Source of the DNA: Octopus vulgaris
Taxonomy: Eukaryota
NCBI GenBank assembly: GCA_951406725.2
Contig: OX597834.1
Span: 13,082,001-13,146,000 of the forward strand
Direction of reading: 5' to 3'
Length of the DNA: 64,000 nucleotides
Shown here: in pieces, positions 1-11,965 of the stretch
How the letters are laid out: the number at the start of each line of letters is the position of its first letter
How positions within the stretch are numbered: the first letter of the stretch is position 1
Program-made: the position numbers and the translations under genes
Notes under the pieces: model-generated
Database searches by the model: none
Told to the model about the DNA's origin: nothing
Seen by the model: the letters and a program-made list of their open reading frames with translations, nothing else

Positions 1-139
1 CTACACGGTGCTGACTTGTTATTTTTATTGTGCTAGCCGATTTCTTATTTCTATTGTGCTGACTGACACACGAGCGAGTGCTAAACATTTTCTGACTTTA
101 GGAAAAATATCACGGAAGGTCAGCTTTGAGGCCCAACAT

Positions 140-294
140 TCCATGTGCTTCTATACGATTTTAAAAAATCTAAAAGATCTCTGCATCAAATGTATGACCC
201 TGAGAGGGGAATTTGTTGAATGAAATCATACTTAAATGATCCTACTGCATTTTCATTTATAGAAAGCTAGGACATTTTCCGCATCCCTCGTGTA
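140..294 (+). mobile_element. Mariner-like transposon right end (decayed transposase C-terminus plus terminal inverted repeat)
   Basis: The ORF 8..223 ends FYTILKNLKDLCIKCMTLRGEFVE*, resembling the mariner C-terminal FY..GI.KL..RW.KCI...GDYVE*. It is followed by ttttccgcatccctcgtgta, whose reverse complement resembles a mariner TACGAGGG-type TIR. Confidence 0.55.
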
Positions 295-467
295 TATATT
301 GAAGGAATATATACATCGGCCTTTGAATTTGTTCTCTCCTCTCTTTAATTTTATATTCCTGAAGCTCTATCAGAACGCCACTCGGTTGAGCTGTATATAG
401 TGGTAACTTTTATCACTTAATTCTTCATTATATACACGTGTGTGTATATATATTTCATATATATAGT

Positions 468-625
468 CTTCTATTCTTTTGTTTCAGTCATTTGACTGCG
501 GCCATGTTGATTCTATCGGTCGCTATTGCAGGCCTTGTGCCTATAGTTATGGGGACGTAAACACACCAGCATCGGTTGTGAAGCACACAGGAACACAAAC
601 ATGCATACACACACACGCGCACGCA

Positions 626-665
<40 letters not shown>

Positions 666-820
666 CATTTATACGACGGGCTCCTTTCCCTCTACAAAAT
701 CCACTCACAAGGCTTTGGTCGGCCCGAGGCTATAGTACAAGACACTTGCCCCAGGTGCCACTTAGTGGGTCTGAACCCGGAACCATGTGGTTCGTAAGCA
801 AGCTATTTACCACACGCCTT
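468..820 (-). mobile_element. SINE family A copy (internally deleted)
   Basis: Matches the multi-copy family A (gtttcagtcatttgactgcggccatg ... aaatccactcacaagg ... ttaccacac) and has the internal CA/TA tract. Confidence 0.85.
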
Positions 821-833
821 CGCAAATAATATC

Positions 834-1243
834 TCTCTTTTATTCTTTTTACTTGTTTCAGTCATTTGACTGCGGCCATGCTGGAGCACCGCCTTTAGTC
901 GAGCAAATCGACCCCGGGACTTATTCTTTGTAAGGCCGGTACTTATTCTATCGGTCTCTTTTGCCGAACCGCTAAGTGACGGGGACGTAAACACACCAGC
1001 ATCGGTTGTCAAGCAATGCTAGGGGGGCAAACACAGACACACAAACACACACATACATATACATAAATATATACATATACGATAGGCTTCTTTCAGTTTC
1101 CGTCTATCAAATCCACTCACAAGGCATTGGTCGGCCCGAGGCTATAGTACAAGACACTTGCCCCAGGTGCCACGCAGGGGGACTGAACCCGGAACCATGT
1201 GGTTCGTAAGCAAGCTATTTACCACACAGCCACTCCTACGCCT
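834..1243 (-). mobile_element. SINE family A, full length (tRNA-like head, internal microsatellite, short-repeat tail)
   Basis: On the minus strand it has an A-box-like tggctgtgtgg, a B-box-like ggttcagtcc, then gtggcacctggggcaagtgtc, an internal (TA)/(TG) tract and a gaaacaagtaaaaagaataaaag tail. There are more than 10 copies in the window. Confidence 0.9.
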
Positions 1244-2703
1244 TCGCAAATAATATACGTAGGTATGTATATGAATATGTATATATTTATGCATATAACA
1301 TCAGAGGCAATCCCTATCGATTTGATACAAAGATATCAACATATTTTAAAACATCTAAGTTTTATTTTCATAGTTTTCGACTCCTTCAACCGCTCACTCC
1401 ATTTCATTGCGCGAAACATTGAAGTTGAAATTCAATTTGTCATAAAGGTATTTCGACAATAAAGTACATGAGTACACACATACATAGAATTGCACATACT
1501 CACACGCATACACTCAAACACACTCACTCAATCACACACACACACACACAAACACATATACAAATACATACACACACAAATACTCAGAAACTCACAAACA
1601 CACACATATATAATTCAAATGGAGGTACTTGGATACAATTATGAGCAATGAAGCAATGAAGCTAAATGCCTAGATAGAGATATAAATAAATTTAGGATCT
1701 AAAAATAACGCTAAGTCTTATAAGGTTTTAAAACATGTAAATATATAATATACCCTACTGCTGAAAAGTTTTTGGAAAATGTCCTTTTAATCGAAAATGC
1801 TCTCTCTGTAATATCTAATAAATGATTAAAGAATTTATATTTTATGAAAATATTAAATAAATATATATAATGAAACATGATTAGCTAAAAGTGGTGTAAA
1901 TATTTACTGAAAAGAAAGTTTTAATTCCAATTTTTGCTCGGTTAATGAGGTAAGGATCAGCCTTATGTATTAGCCTTACGTAAAAGGTTATATTTTGATT
2001 TATAATTTCATGTTATCTTTGATTTGGAAGGATCTAGTTTATTGTGGAAATTGAAAGATAATTAGTTATGAGGAAAACAATTTTTACATTGGAAAGAATA
2101 TATTACCATACAGAATATCTCTTCGAAAACAACTTCAATACGCGGTTGCTTAGGTAACATAAATGAAATGGAATTGAGAACAAATATTAGCCCTCTGAAA
2201 TCGAACATCGAGTGTAGATTTAGCAGAACATAGCACATTTTATGCCTATACATCTCTCCGATTACAAGAGAAGTTGTTTACTATGCTATGCAAAAATCCT
2301 ATTCGTCGCCCGCTTCTATCAAATTAAGAATAAAAAGAAAAAGAAATCGGTGGTCCCAAAGCGTGCTCAGCTGTTCATAGTATTTGTGAAATAAGATAAT
2401 AATACAATTTTTGAAGTTGTTAATGCATCTCATCTGTTTCAGTTTTCTGTAGGACGATTATTGCATATTTTGGTGAATTTGAGTATAATACAACAAGCGG
2501 TATTCTAGTGCAACATTTTAATACTGAATTACTGAAATGGAAAAAGAAACTCTTACGTAGACAATCAATAAATAACGAGATAAAATTATGTTATAGTTAC
2601 AAAGATTTCTGTTTTCTAAAATCCGCAGAGTATATTCGATATTTAAAGCAGCATCGTCAGTGAATTTAGCCGAGTCGTTTGCGACAATACTGCATTTGAA
2701 TAA

Positions 2704-3108
2704 GGTGGCGAGCTGGCAGAAACCTTAGCACGCCGGGTGAAATGAATTTTGTCTGCCGTTACGTTCTGTCGTGAAATTCCGCCGAGGTAGACTTTGTCTT
2801 TCATCCTTTCGATGTCGATAAATTAAGTACCAGTTGCGCACTGGCGTCGATGTAATCGACTTAATCCCCTTTTCTGTCCTTGTTTGTCCTCTCTCTGATT
2901 AGTCCCTTCTGGGTAGTAAAGAAATATGTATTTTATCTGCCGTTACGTTCTGAGGTCAAATTCCGCCGAGGTAGACTTTATCTTTCATCCTTTCGGTGTC
3001 GATAAATTAAGTACCAGTTACGCACTGGCGTCGATGTAATCGACTTAATCCCTTTGTCTGTCCTTGTTTGTCCTCTCTATGTTTAGCCCCTTGTGGGCAA
3101 TAAAGAAG
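2704..3108 (+). mobile_element. SINE family B, head-to-tail dimer
   Basis: Head ggtggcgagctggcagaaaccttagc, then the body (aattccgccgaggtagactttg..tttcatcctttcg..gtcgataaattaagtaccag) twice, each copy ending in aaagaa. Confidence 0.88.
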
Positions 3109-3177
3109 CAAAATACTGCATCTGGACACAAATGCAACTGACATATAGGTGAAGTCATAATGATATTCCAATAAATA

Positions 3178-3672
3178 TTTAACGAGGAAATGTTCGTGGA
3201 ATGTTGTGGTTAAGTGAAATCTTAATGATGTCGTGCAGTTATGACGGAAAGGTTATCACTACATAGGTTTCGAAGGACTGCAAAATATTATTTCCATGTG
3301 GTATAGAATATTTATATAGGTGAAGCTTAATATTCGAAAGAGTCAAATAAGATATAAAATATACATTACTAAATATACTTGCATTAGAAACAATACTTAG
3401 GTGACGTATATGTGCGTTTGAACCCATCTAAGTGAATGGTTTATAATGATATTTAAATGTGGTTTTAACATGCAGATGTTAATGGAATATTGTGGTTAAG
3501 TAAAATTTTAATGGAGAGTTCAGTATTTACGGAAAAGTAATTACTATATAAGATTCGTAGAATTGCACAATATTCTTCCCATACGGAATTAAATATTTAT
3601 AGAAGTGAAACTTAATATTTCAAAGAGTCAAGTATGATTTAAATTGTACATTACCAAATATAATTGCATTAA
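3178..3672. repeat. Diverged local tandem duplication, period about 286 bp
   Basis: tgtggttaagt occurs at 3205 and 3491, aaagagtcaa occurs in both units, and ttgcatta occurs at 3379 and 3664. Confidence 0.75.
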
Positions 3673-4046
3673 AAATTAATTATCGATCTGGTCAAAATTT
3701 CTTGCATAAAATCCTTTTTGTGTCCTACATATGAAATACCCATAAACGTATACATTCAGAAAATAGTCGGCCAAGGAATATATATATATATATATACATA
3801 TATACACAGACACGTATGTACGCTTGTGTTTATATATATATATATATATATATAAGTGTGTATGGAGATGTATATACGTTTACATTTAATCGCACAACTA
3901 AATATGTACGTATATACATATCTGTGTGTTTAACTTTATATAATTGCTTTTAATCACGCACTTAAGAATGTATACATACACACACACACATGCACTCATA
4001 CACACACATATATATTTATATATATATATATATATGTGTGTGTGTG

Positions 4047-4090
<44 letters not shown>

Positions 4091-4753
4091 TGTATGTATA
4101 TATAATACGTAGTCATCACACGCATTGAATATAAACACCCCTGAATGAAATAAATGCAAGTGTTGCATTTCGTGCGAAGAAGTAATAAAATGTAGTGTGA
4201 GTATAAAGTACTGGATCTAATTTAATTTCCCTCTTAAAATAGCGTTAGCAATAACAAGTTTGCCTCAATTTAATAATATGTATGTATACAAAGTTTAAAT
4301 TATTAGGGAAGAAAAATATATATAAGGGACAAAGCCATTAACATGAAATTTAGGTTTCAACGATACGGTATGTAAATGATGAGAATCAAATTAAAATATT
4401 CACGTGAGAAACTGTATTAAAATATGATATGAAATTTTGAAAACTCATAAAATATTATACTTGGTTAACTATGAAAAGAATGACTATTCACAAAGTCAAC
4501 AAATTTAGAGTATATCTTGCGTATGAGCTATGATATTGTGGTAGATAATGTTATCTTACAAAATTTAATTGCATTAATTTCTGAAACTCCTAACGGGGAA
4601 TTTGATGACTAAGGCTATATTGCCTAAATTATTTTATCGATATTAAAATTCTTTCACTTCGCCTGTTGTGTCAGATGATGTAGCGTACGCCAACCAGACC
4701 TAAAAGTTAGGGCGTTTAGTGGTGTTTTTCATTGACTTTTATGTATAAACTTA

Positions 4754-5152
4754 GTGACTGTGTGGTAAGTAGTTTGCTTACCAACCACTTGGTTCTGGGT
4801 TCAGTTCCACTGTGTGGCACCTTGGGCAAGTGACTTCTAATATAGCCTCGGGCCTACCAAAGCCTTGTGAGTGGATTTGGTAGATAGAAACAGAAAGAAG
4901 CTCGTCGTATATATGTATGTATATATTATGTGTGTGTATATGTTTGAGTATCTGTGTTTGTCCCCTCAACGTCGCTTGACAACCGATGCTGGTGTGTTTA
5001 AGTCCCCGTAACTTAGCGGTTCAGTAAAAGAAACTGATAGCATTAGTACTAGGCTTACAAAGAATACGTCCTGGGGTCGATCTGCTCGACTAAAGGCGGT
5101 GCTCCAGCATGGTCACAATCAAATAACTGAAACAAGTAAAAGAATAAAAGAG
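4754..5152 (+). mobile_element. SINE family A
   Basis: gtgactgtgtggtaagtag...gggttcagttccac...gcaccttgggcaagt...ggggtcgatctgctcgactaaaggcgg...gaaacaagtaaaagaataaaagag. Confidence 0.9.
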
Positions 5153-6219
5153 CTCAAGCCGTCGGTAAAGAAACAAGATTTCGGGGATTTAGTGAGTTCC
5201 CGTTGTTTGTAGATATGAGTTTGATTTGAGCTCTTCATACTCAAATCCACGTACGTCCATGTATTTATCAATAGAATCTTAGAGGGAGAATCTTTAGAAT
5301 GTCTTTCAAACTATTACTGGCCCGCTAAGAGATTAGATTTGGCGAAACCGCGGCGTCAGTTTCATTTCCTATTTGGAAAGCCTACCAATTTCCGGCCCTT
5401 GTGTAAATTCCTGGATACATAGACCAACGCAGGTATTGTGTCAGGTGGAAATGAAAATTTATATTCAAAGTATATATATATATATATATGTGCGTGTGTG
5501 TGTGTATGCGTGTGTGTGTATCAAGAGTGAGAGAGAGAGGGGTGACAGACAGACACAGAGGATTTGTATAAACACTCGCGCTTACACATGGGTGAGTACG
5601 AACAAGGTTTGGTATTTTACATTCTTCCTCTTTTATTAGTTAATCCATATTGTAATTGTTGAATTTATTACATTTAATGTCGTTAATTATTCTTATTTTC
5701 CTTATAATTGTTTTACCATCGGTATCAAAAGTATTATAGGTGCATCACCTAGAGTTTTAGTGTTAGTAGTGCATTTATAAATTAAATATTACGACAGTAA
5801 TATCAGTATTAGACTATGTTATATTCTAAAAGTATACATGACGACATTTCAAAAATATTAGGTATTTTTTTTTAGCCAACCCTTCTTCTATTTATTTGCA
5901 TAATAGCCGAGATATTTGATGTGTATATTGACAATAAAATAATCGTTACGTTATTTTCAAAATCAAAATTAGGTCATGCTTGTTTGTTTGAAAACAATAC
6001 ACTCGAATGATTATGAAAAGCAATGAAGGAAATTCATACACTCCTGGCAAAAATCAAAGCCGAAATTATAGTAAACATAAATGGAAACAAATATACTGCA
6101 GCTTCTATTTCTGGAGAAAAACATTTTGAAACCCACAGAAAACATCGTAGACTTGGGAATGAGGTTAAATAGAACGAAAAGAGATTTTGGAAAGGCAAAT
6201 GCTATTATATAATGGAGAT

Positions 6220-6446
6220 ACTCTTTTACTCATTTACTCTTTTACTCTTTTACTTGTTTCAGTCATTTGACTGCGGCCATGCTGGAGCACCGCCTTTAGT
6301 CGAGCACATCGACCCCGGGACTTATTCTTTATAAGCCCAGTACTTATTCTATCGGTCTCTTTTGCCTAACCGCTAAGTGACGGGGACGTAAACACACCAG
6401 TATCGGTTGTCAAGCAACGCTAGGGAGACAAACACAGACACACAAG

Positions 6447-6497
<51 letters not shown>

Positions 6498-6653
6498 GAC
6501 AGGCTTCTTTCTGTTTCCGTCTACCAAATCCACTCACAAGGCATTGGTCGGCCCGGGGCTATATTTGAAGACACTTGCCCAAGATGCCACGCAGTGGGAC
6601 AGAACCAGGTGGTTGGTTAGCAAGCTACTTACCACACAGCCACTCCTGCGCCT
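6220..6653 (-). mobile_element. SINE family A
   Basis: Full-length match with a repeated tttactc tail and an internal (TA)n tract. Confidence 0.9.
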
Positions 6654-7023
6654 ATGATAGCGAACAAAACATGATAAATCTCCAAATAAAAGCGTAACAT
6701 CAGACACAAATATTTACAGACTTGTTTAAGAAGAGATAAGAAGAAATATGAGGCAAATTCTAGACGATAAACCGAGACACCAACACAAACTTTATCAATA
6801 TCAAAAGTCAGATTCTTCAGAAGAATGAAAGGAAATTTGAGCCACAGCTGAGCAATGGAAATGAAAATGAAATGAATGAGATACTGAATGCTGACGGGGC
6901 TACTACTTTTGATGATATAGTTTAGGACAACAGTGTTCAAAACAATAGTGGCGTATCCTCAGAGTTTTTCAAATATCGATTGGAATATTTTCAAAATACG
7001 GACAGAAATGTAGCTCCACACTG

Positions 7024-7056
<33 letters not shown>

Positions 7057-7058
<2 letters not shown>

Positions 7059-7332
7059 ACAATTGAGGGTAAAATTAATTAATTAATCAATTTCACCAAG
7101 TGTTCAGTATATAAAAGGACCATTTAAGGCGAATTCAAAATATTACATTATATAATTAGGGCTTAGTAAATTAAATTACTTTGCCACCTCCAAACCTTCG
7201 TGAGCTGTCTGGAGTAAGCATTATCTGAGAGAAATTTTCTTTAAGTAGTAGAAATGCTAAGAAAATTTTTTTGGCTACTATTTCTACTAAGTTCAGTATG
7301 TGGCAAAGTAATTTATTTTACTAAGCCCTAAT

Positions 7333-7340
<8 letters not shown>
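7057..7340. mobile_element. Fold-back repeat family K inserted in (TA)n (PLE-like architecture, no clear ribozyme)
   Basis: Inverted repeat 7147-7187 / 7300-7340, flanked on both sides by (TA)n. A second copy lies at 37576-37768. Confidence 0.7.
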
Positions 7341-7403
<63 letters not shown>

Positions 7404-7470
7404 TGTATGTATGTATGTATGTATGTATGTATGTATGTATATGTATATATATGTATATGTATATGCATAT
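7341..7470. repeat. (TA)n/(TATG)n microsatellite
   Basis: Direct reading. Confidence 0.95.
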
Positions 7471-8239
7471 ATATCTATATATAGGTATCATCGCGTTCGA
7501 AATAGTCTCCCTGTGCAACAATAGTCAGGTTCCAACCTTCCTGCTACTGTATATATATATATATATTCATATAATTATACATATATGAGTCTGCATGTGT
7601 TCGTGTTCATGTGTGTGTGTGCGTGTGAGTGTGTGTATGTGTGTTTGTTTACATATAAAAAATTCTGAAAAAAATCTATCGGAATTAATACAGGGTTGCT
7701 CGAGGCTTGGATTTGGATAAAAATAACTACTTCTTAGTCAATACCAAGCATAAATAAAAAAAAAAAAAACAGTAAATATTTATTAATCTTTTTTCTTTAA
7801 GATAAAGTAAATGGCCACCTTGAGGAAATCCTGACCGATTTTCAATGAGGATGAGAGATAGCTTGACAGAATAAAAAAATATGTTCGGAATTAGCATTCG
7901 GTGAAAGAAAGCCGATTTAAGCACATTTCGTACTTACATTCAATCTAGATAGAGAGGCGTATACGCAAAATATTTTTGAAAATTATGCGTCTAGTGTAAG
8001 TAGTGATTTGTTTGTGAGCGCAAGTGTATATATTTTTTCATAATATACACCTACATCCGAACGTATGTTTTATGTATGTCTGTTATTATGAACGTCTGAT
8101 GATGAAGACGATATATTTTATTTTTATATTAATGAATGTCATAAATATGAATATAACTCGCCGCATCTTTCGGAAATAAAATATGATTGAAGTTGACAAT
8201 CGACTGTTAAAATACGGGCAAAAAGTATTTGTTTAGAAT

Positions 8240-8435
8240 ATTTTCTAAATGTTGTATAAAGCCTGAAATTTTGCGGGAATCGTTGTCCATTGCATCTACG
8301 CCACCACATGAATGATACTTAATTTATCGACAGTGCTACATGGAAAGTAATTTAAACTACGGCGGAATCAGAACGCAGAACGTAAAATCAGAAGAAATGC
8401 CGCGCTTTTGCCAGATGTGCTAACGATTCTGCCAA
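8240..8435 (-). mobile_element. Degraded SINE family B-related copy
   Basis: tacttaatttatcgac...cggcggaatcagaacgcagaacgta...gctaacgattctgcca. Confidence 0.6.
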
Positions 8436-8499
8436 CACATTGCTTTCTCTTTCTCTAAATATAATACACGCAGAAAGTACTTGCAAATTCAGACAAATC

Positions 8500-8611
<112 letters not shown>

Positions 8612-8966
8612 TATATGGATGTATATATTGTTTTCCTCTTTTTTCCATTTCTGTGATATATAGGTTATTTGTGTCTAGGTTAAAGTAGGCATAATAAAAT
8701 ACTTCTGTTCGTTTCTCAGTGCTTTTATGATACCGAACAGCTGTTCCTGCACATAAAGTATTGTGAGAATTTTGGATAACCAATAATCATCCACAATTTT
8801 TTTTATTCATATTTATGTATCTACTATAATTTTTTCTCAAAGATATAGAAGTAAGAGTAGCTTTGTGGTAAGTAGATTGCTTACCAACAACACGGTTCCA
8901 GGGTCAGTCCCACTGCGTGGCACCTTGGTCAATTGTCTTCTGCTATGGCCCACGTCCAACCGAATC

Positions 8967-9003
<37 letters not shown>

Positions 9004-9105
9004 GGAGTAAACACATAAATGTGAAACAAGGTGGAAAAAAGAGTACTCAAATACCAGTGGTAGAGTAATATGCTTTATGTAAAGCAGCAGAAAATTCAAC
9101 AAAAC

Positions 9106-9143
9106 CTGTTACTCTGAGTTTCCCGTTGCCGTTCATCGGACAG
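9106..9143 (-). ncRNA. Minimal hammerhead ribozyme motif (family E, CCGAUGA core)
   Basis: Minus strand: ctgt CCGATGA a-cg-GCAA-cg-g GAAA ctcagag TA acag. Confidence 0.7.
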
Positions 9144-9159
9144 TTTTTGCTAGCGAAAA

Positions 9160-9197
9160 CTGTCCGATGAACGGTAACGGGAAACTCAGAGTAACAG
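9160..9197 (+). ncRNA. Minimal hammerhead ribozyme motif (family E, CCGAUGA core)
   Basis: ctgt CCGATGA a-cg-GTAA-cg-g GAAA ctcagag TA acag. Stem I is ctgt/acag and loop II is GNRA. Confidence 0.7.
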
Positions 9198-9282
9198 GTT
9201 TTGTTGAATTTTCTGCTGCTTTAAATAAAGTATAGTATATATATATATATATATATATATATACTTTATATATATATATATA

Positions 9283-9347
<65 letters not shown>

Positions 9348-10752
9348 ATATGTTTGTTTGCATGTGTTTGTCCCAGAACCCACCATCATTTGACAGCCGA
9401 TGTCGGCGTGTTTACGTCTCCGTGACTTAGCACTTCGTAAAGAAAGAAGAGTGAATCAATTATGTAAAAGTAACCCCCGTAAAATTACGAACTAAGTAGA
9501 TGACTGGATTTCCCCTAAACACTTTAAGGTGGTGCATCAACATGACCGCAATCCAATTCCTGAAACAAGTAAAAAATTTAAACTTAGCGACTTGCTTATA
9601 CATCTATTCTATTCGTATCCACAGTAATTGATATGTACATGTTTATCCATTCCTCAACTTTCTCAGTAGACGGGTACAATTTATATAACTCTTAGAAATG
9701 TTGTTTCAATTTGACCTACGTCTTATCACGAGGAATATTTATCACATCCACTTAACCCTACACAATCAGAACACTTGAAAAATGTATTAAAACTATGTAT
9801 TCTTTTTTCTCTGTATGTTTATGAAATAAGATCATGCAATTATAGATATGCTATGTAATTTCATTTATGCATCAGATAATATTAGAATCTGAAACGTGTT
9901 TTGATATGAATGCGGCGTACGATGTGTAGAGCGTGGTAAAGATAGGAGAATGGTTTTTATGCAACAACTTTTTATTGCAATAACTGAAAATTTAGAGTGA
10001 CATTGCAAACGGAAATTGATTGACAGATGAGATTATTGTTTACATTACTTGTCAAATGAATGTAATGTACATTTGAAAGCGAAGCTGTAAAGTACAGTAT
10101 CAATGACCTGACGGATGTCAATATGATTGTATTTCTTTAATACTATACATGATCGTAATTCACATGAACCATACTTTCAAGTATCATTTTAGAGGCTGTT
10201 ACAAGTAGTTCGCATATCACGTTTCAAATTTCACTCTAAATGAATGTAGTAAAACTATGAATCCCCTTGAAATATAGCTTGTAAAATACAGTATATAAAT
10301 AACGTATTTTAGCTGTGATCCGCGTATATATTGAACTCATATAAAAGCTGTACTGCACAAGACAGCTAAGGTTGTGAATGAAGTGTTTCCTATAAGACTA
10401 ATGAATTATGTATGACAAGATTGACATCACATCAAATAGCAATCCTAAGAACAATACATTACCAAATAAACAATAACCAACACAATTTTTCTTAGCTCTT
10501 TCGCGTTTTCAAAACAAGAAATATCGAATTCAAATTTCGGCAGAAGGCCAGCATCTTCCTACAGAAAGGTAAGTCAATTACATTGAACCCAGTTACCTGC
10601 TGGTACTTAATTTATCGACCTGGATATGATCAAATGCAAAGTGAACGGCAACGGAATATTAATTTAAAACGTGAAGTCAGACGAAATAGGGTTATAAACA
10701 TGAGGTGTATTAAATCCTTCCTCTCGTTCATCACTGACTCTATTACATTTTT

Positions 10753-10833
<81 letters not shown>

Positions 10834-11729
10834 CTATATATATATAATTGTGGGCCGCAATTTTATGGAGTAATTTTATAGAGCAAAAGCATTCCAAATT
10901 TTCGTTACCATGTTATAGGCGATACAATATTTTGTTTCTTTCTTCGCCAACAACGATTATATAAATCCAAACATGTCAGTTAAATTGATAATGTTTAATA
11001 ATGAATTACTTTACAACACCAGTTCCGAAAACGTCTTCAAAGAAAAAAAAAGGATTTAAAATAAATATATTATAATTATCTGCAACGCCAAATTGTCTCT
11101 TACAAGTGGATAATGTGATTGCTCTTATTAGTTTATAAGATTATACATTCCCACTTCAATTACGAAGTAACGTTTAGATGAATCGTTTTTTATTTTTATT
11201 TATACGAGTTAAAGTATCTACATAAATAATAAAAAGCTATTTTACAAACATAGAACAAAAATCTATGAATATAATATTAAGTAGTCTGGTTTGTAATCTA
11301 ACTAGGAAAGGCGTTTAATTAACGCAATAGATGTTCAAAAATAATCCAATTGTAGACTATATATATAGTATTTTAATGAGCATATTTCAAATGCTATGAG
11401 ATATACCAAGTACAAACATACATATATGAGTCGTAGAATTTAGTGAGAATTACGATTATATAAAACTAGTCTTTTTGAAATGTTGCTTCTCTCATACAGA
11501 CTGATCTACTAAACACTACCGTGCGGAGGCAAATTTCTCTGGCTGTTCTTTCTTTGTCAATGCTTGCTGGATAAACATGACTTTCAGTTAACATAATGTA
11601 AAGAAGTAAAATTAAATTTTGAGATTTTTATTTATGCTGTTTATATTAATTTATATTAATAATTATTTTGATATTTTAATATATTAATAATTATTTATAT
11701 TAAATCCATACGTATATATTTTTATATAT

Positions 11730-11965
11730 GAACAATTGCAGCGTAGAAGGTGTTTATTATATTCACTTCAATATTTAAATTTAATTTGACACATTTTTCA
11801 CATTTAAATAAAATTTGACAAATTAAATTTAAATGTTGAAGTGAATCTAACGGTTTTTGTGTGCTTCTTAAATGGCTTATAAACACCTACCACGCTGCAA
11901 TTGTTTTCGTTGAAGCACTCGATCTCAGATCAAGTCACTCGCTATGCAATTACATCTCCGTAACA
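11730..11965 (+). mobile_element. Family J fold-back copy (PLE-type; ribozyme core lost at the fold-back point)
   Basis: Inverted segments 11731-11757/11879-11905 and 11761-11788/11819-11846. The sense part is homologous to 14381-14526. Confidence 0.75.

Larger units (their letters stand above)
9001..9232 (-). mobile_element. Palindromic PLE-type mini-element, family E copy 1
   Basis: Inverted arms 9073-9151 / 9152-9230 centred on gctagc, with the longer arm extending to 9001. Flanked by (TA)n. Homologous to 48748-48971. Confidence 0.85.
8851..9575 (+). mobile_element. Degraded SINE family A, split by a palindromic ribozyme element in its internal TA tract
   Basis: The head (gtggtaagtagattgcttacc...gggtcagtcccactgcgtggcaccttgg) is at 8851-8965. 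The 3' half (tgtgtttgtccc...ccgatg...gtgtttacgtc...gaaacaagtaaaa) is at 9338-9575. Confidence 0.7.

Noticed and set aside
479-1209. Recurrent ORFs such as ...[30 protein letters not shown]
   Set aside because: They recur only because they are translations of SINE A copies and are not a gene family.
5307-5364. Hammerhead-like 3' half (gcc...ggc GAAA ccgcggc GTC agttt)
   Set aside because: The segment at the core position reads attactg, which is not compatible with NUGANNA, and there is no TA-flanked element context.
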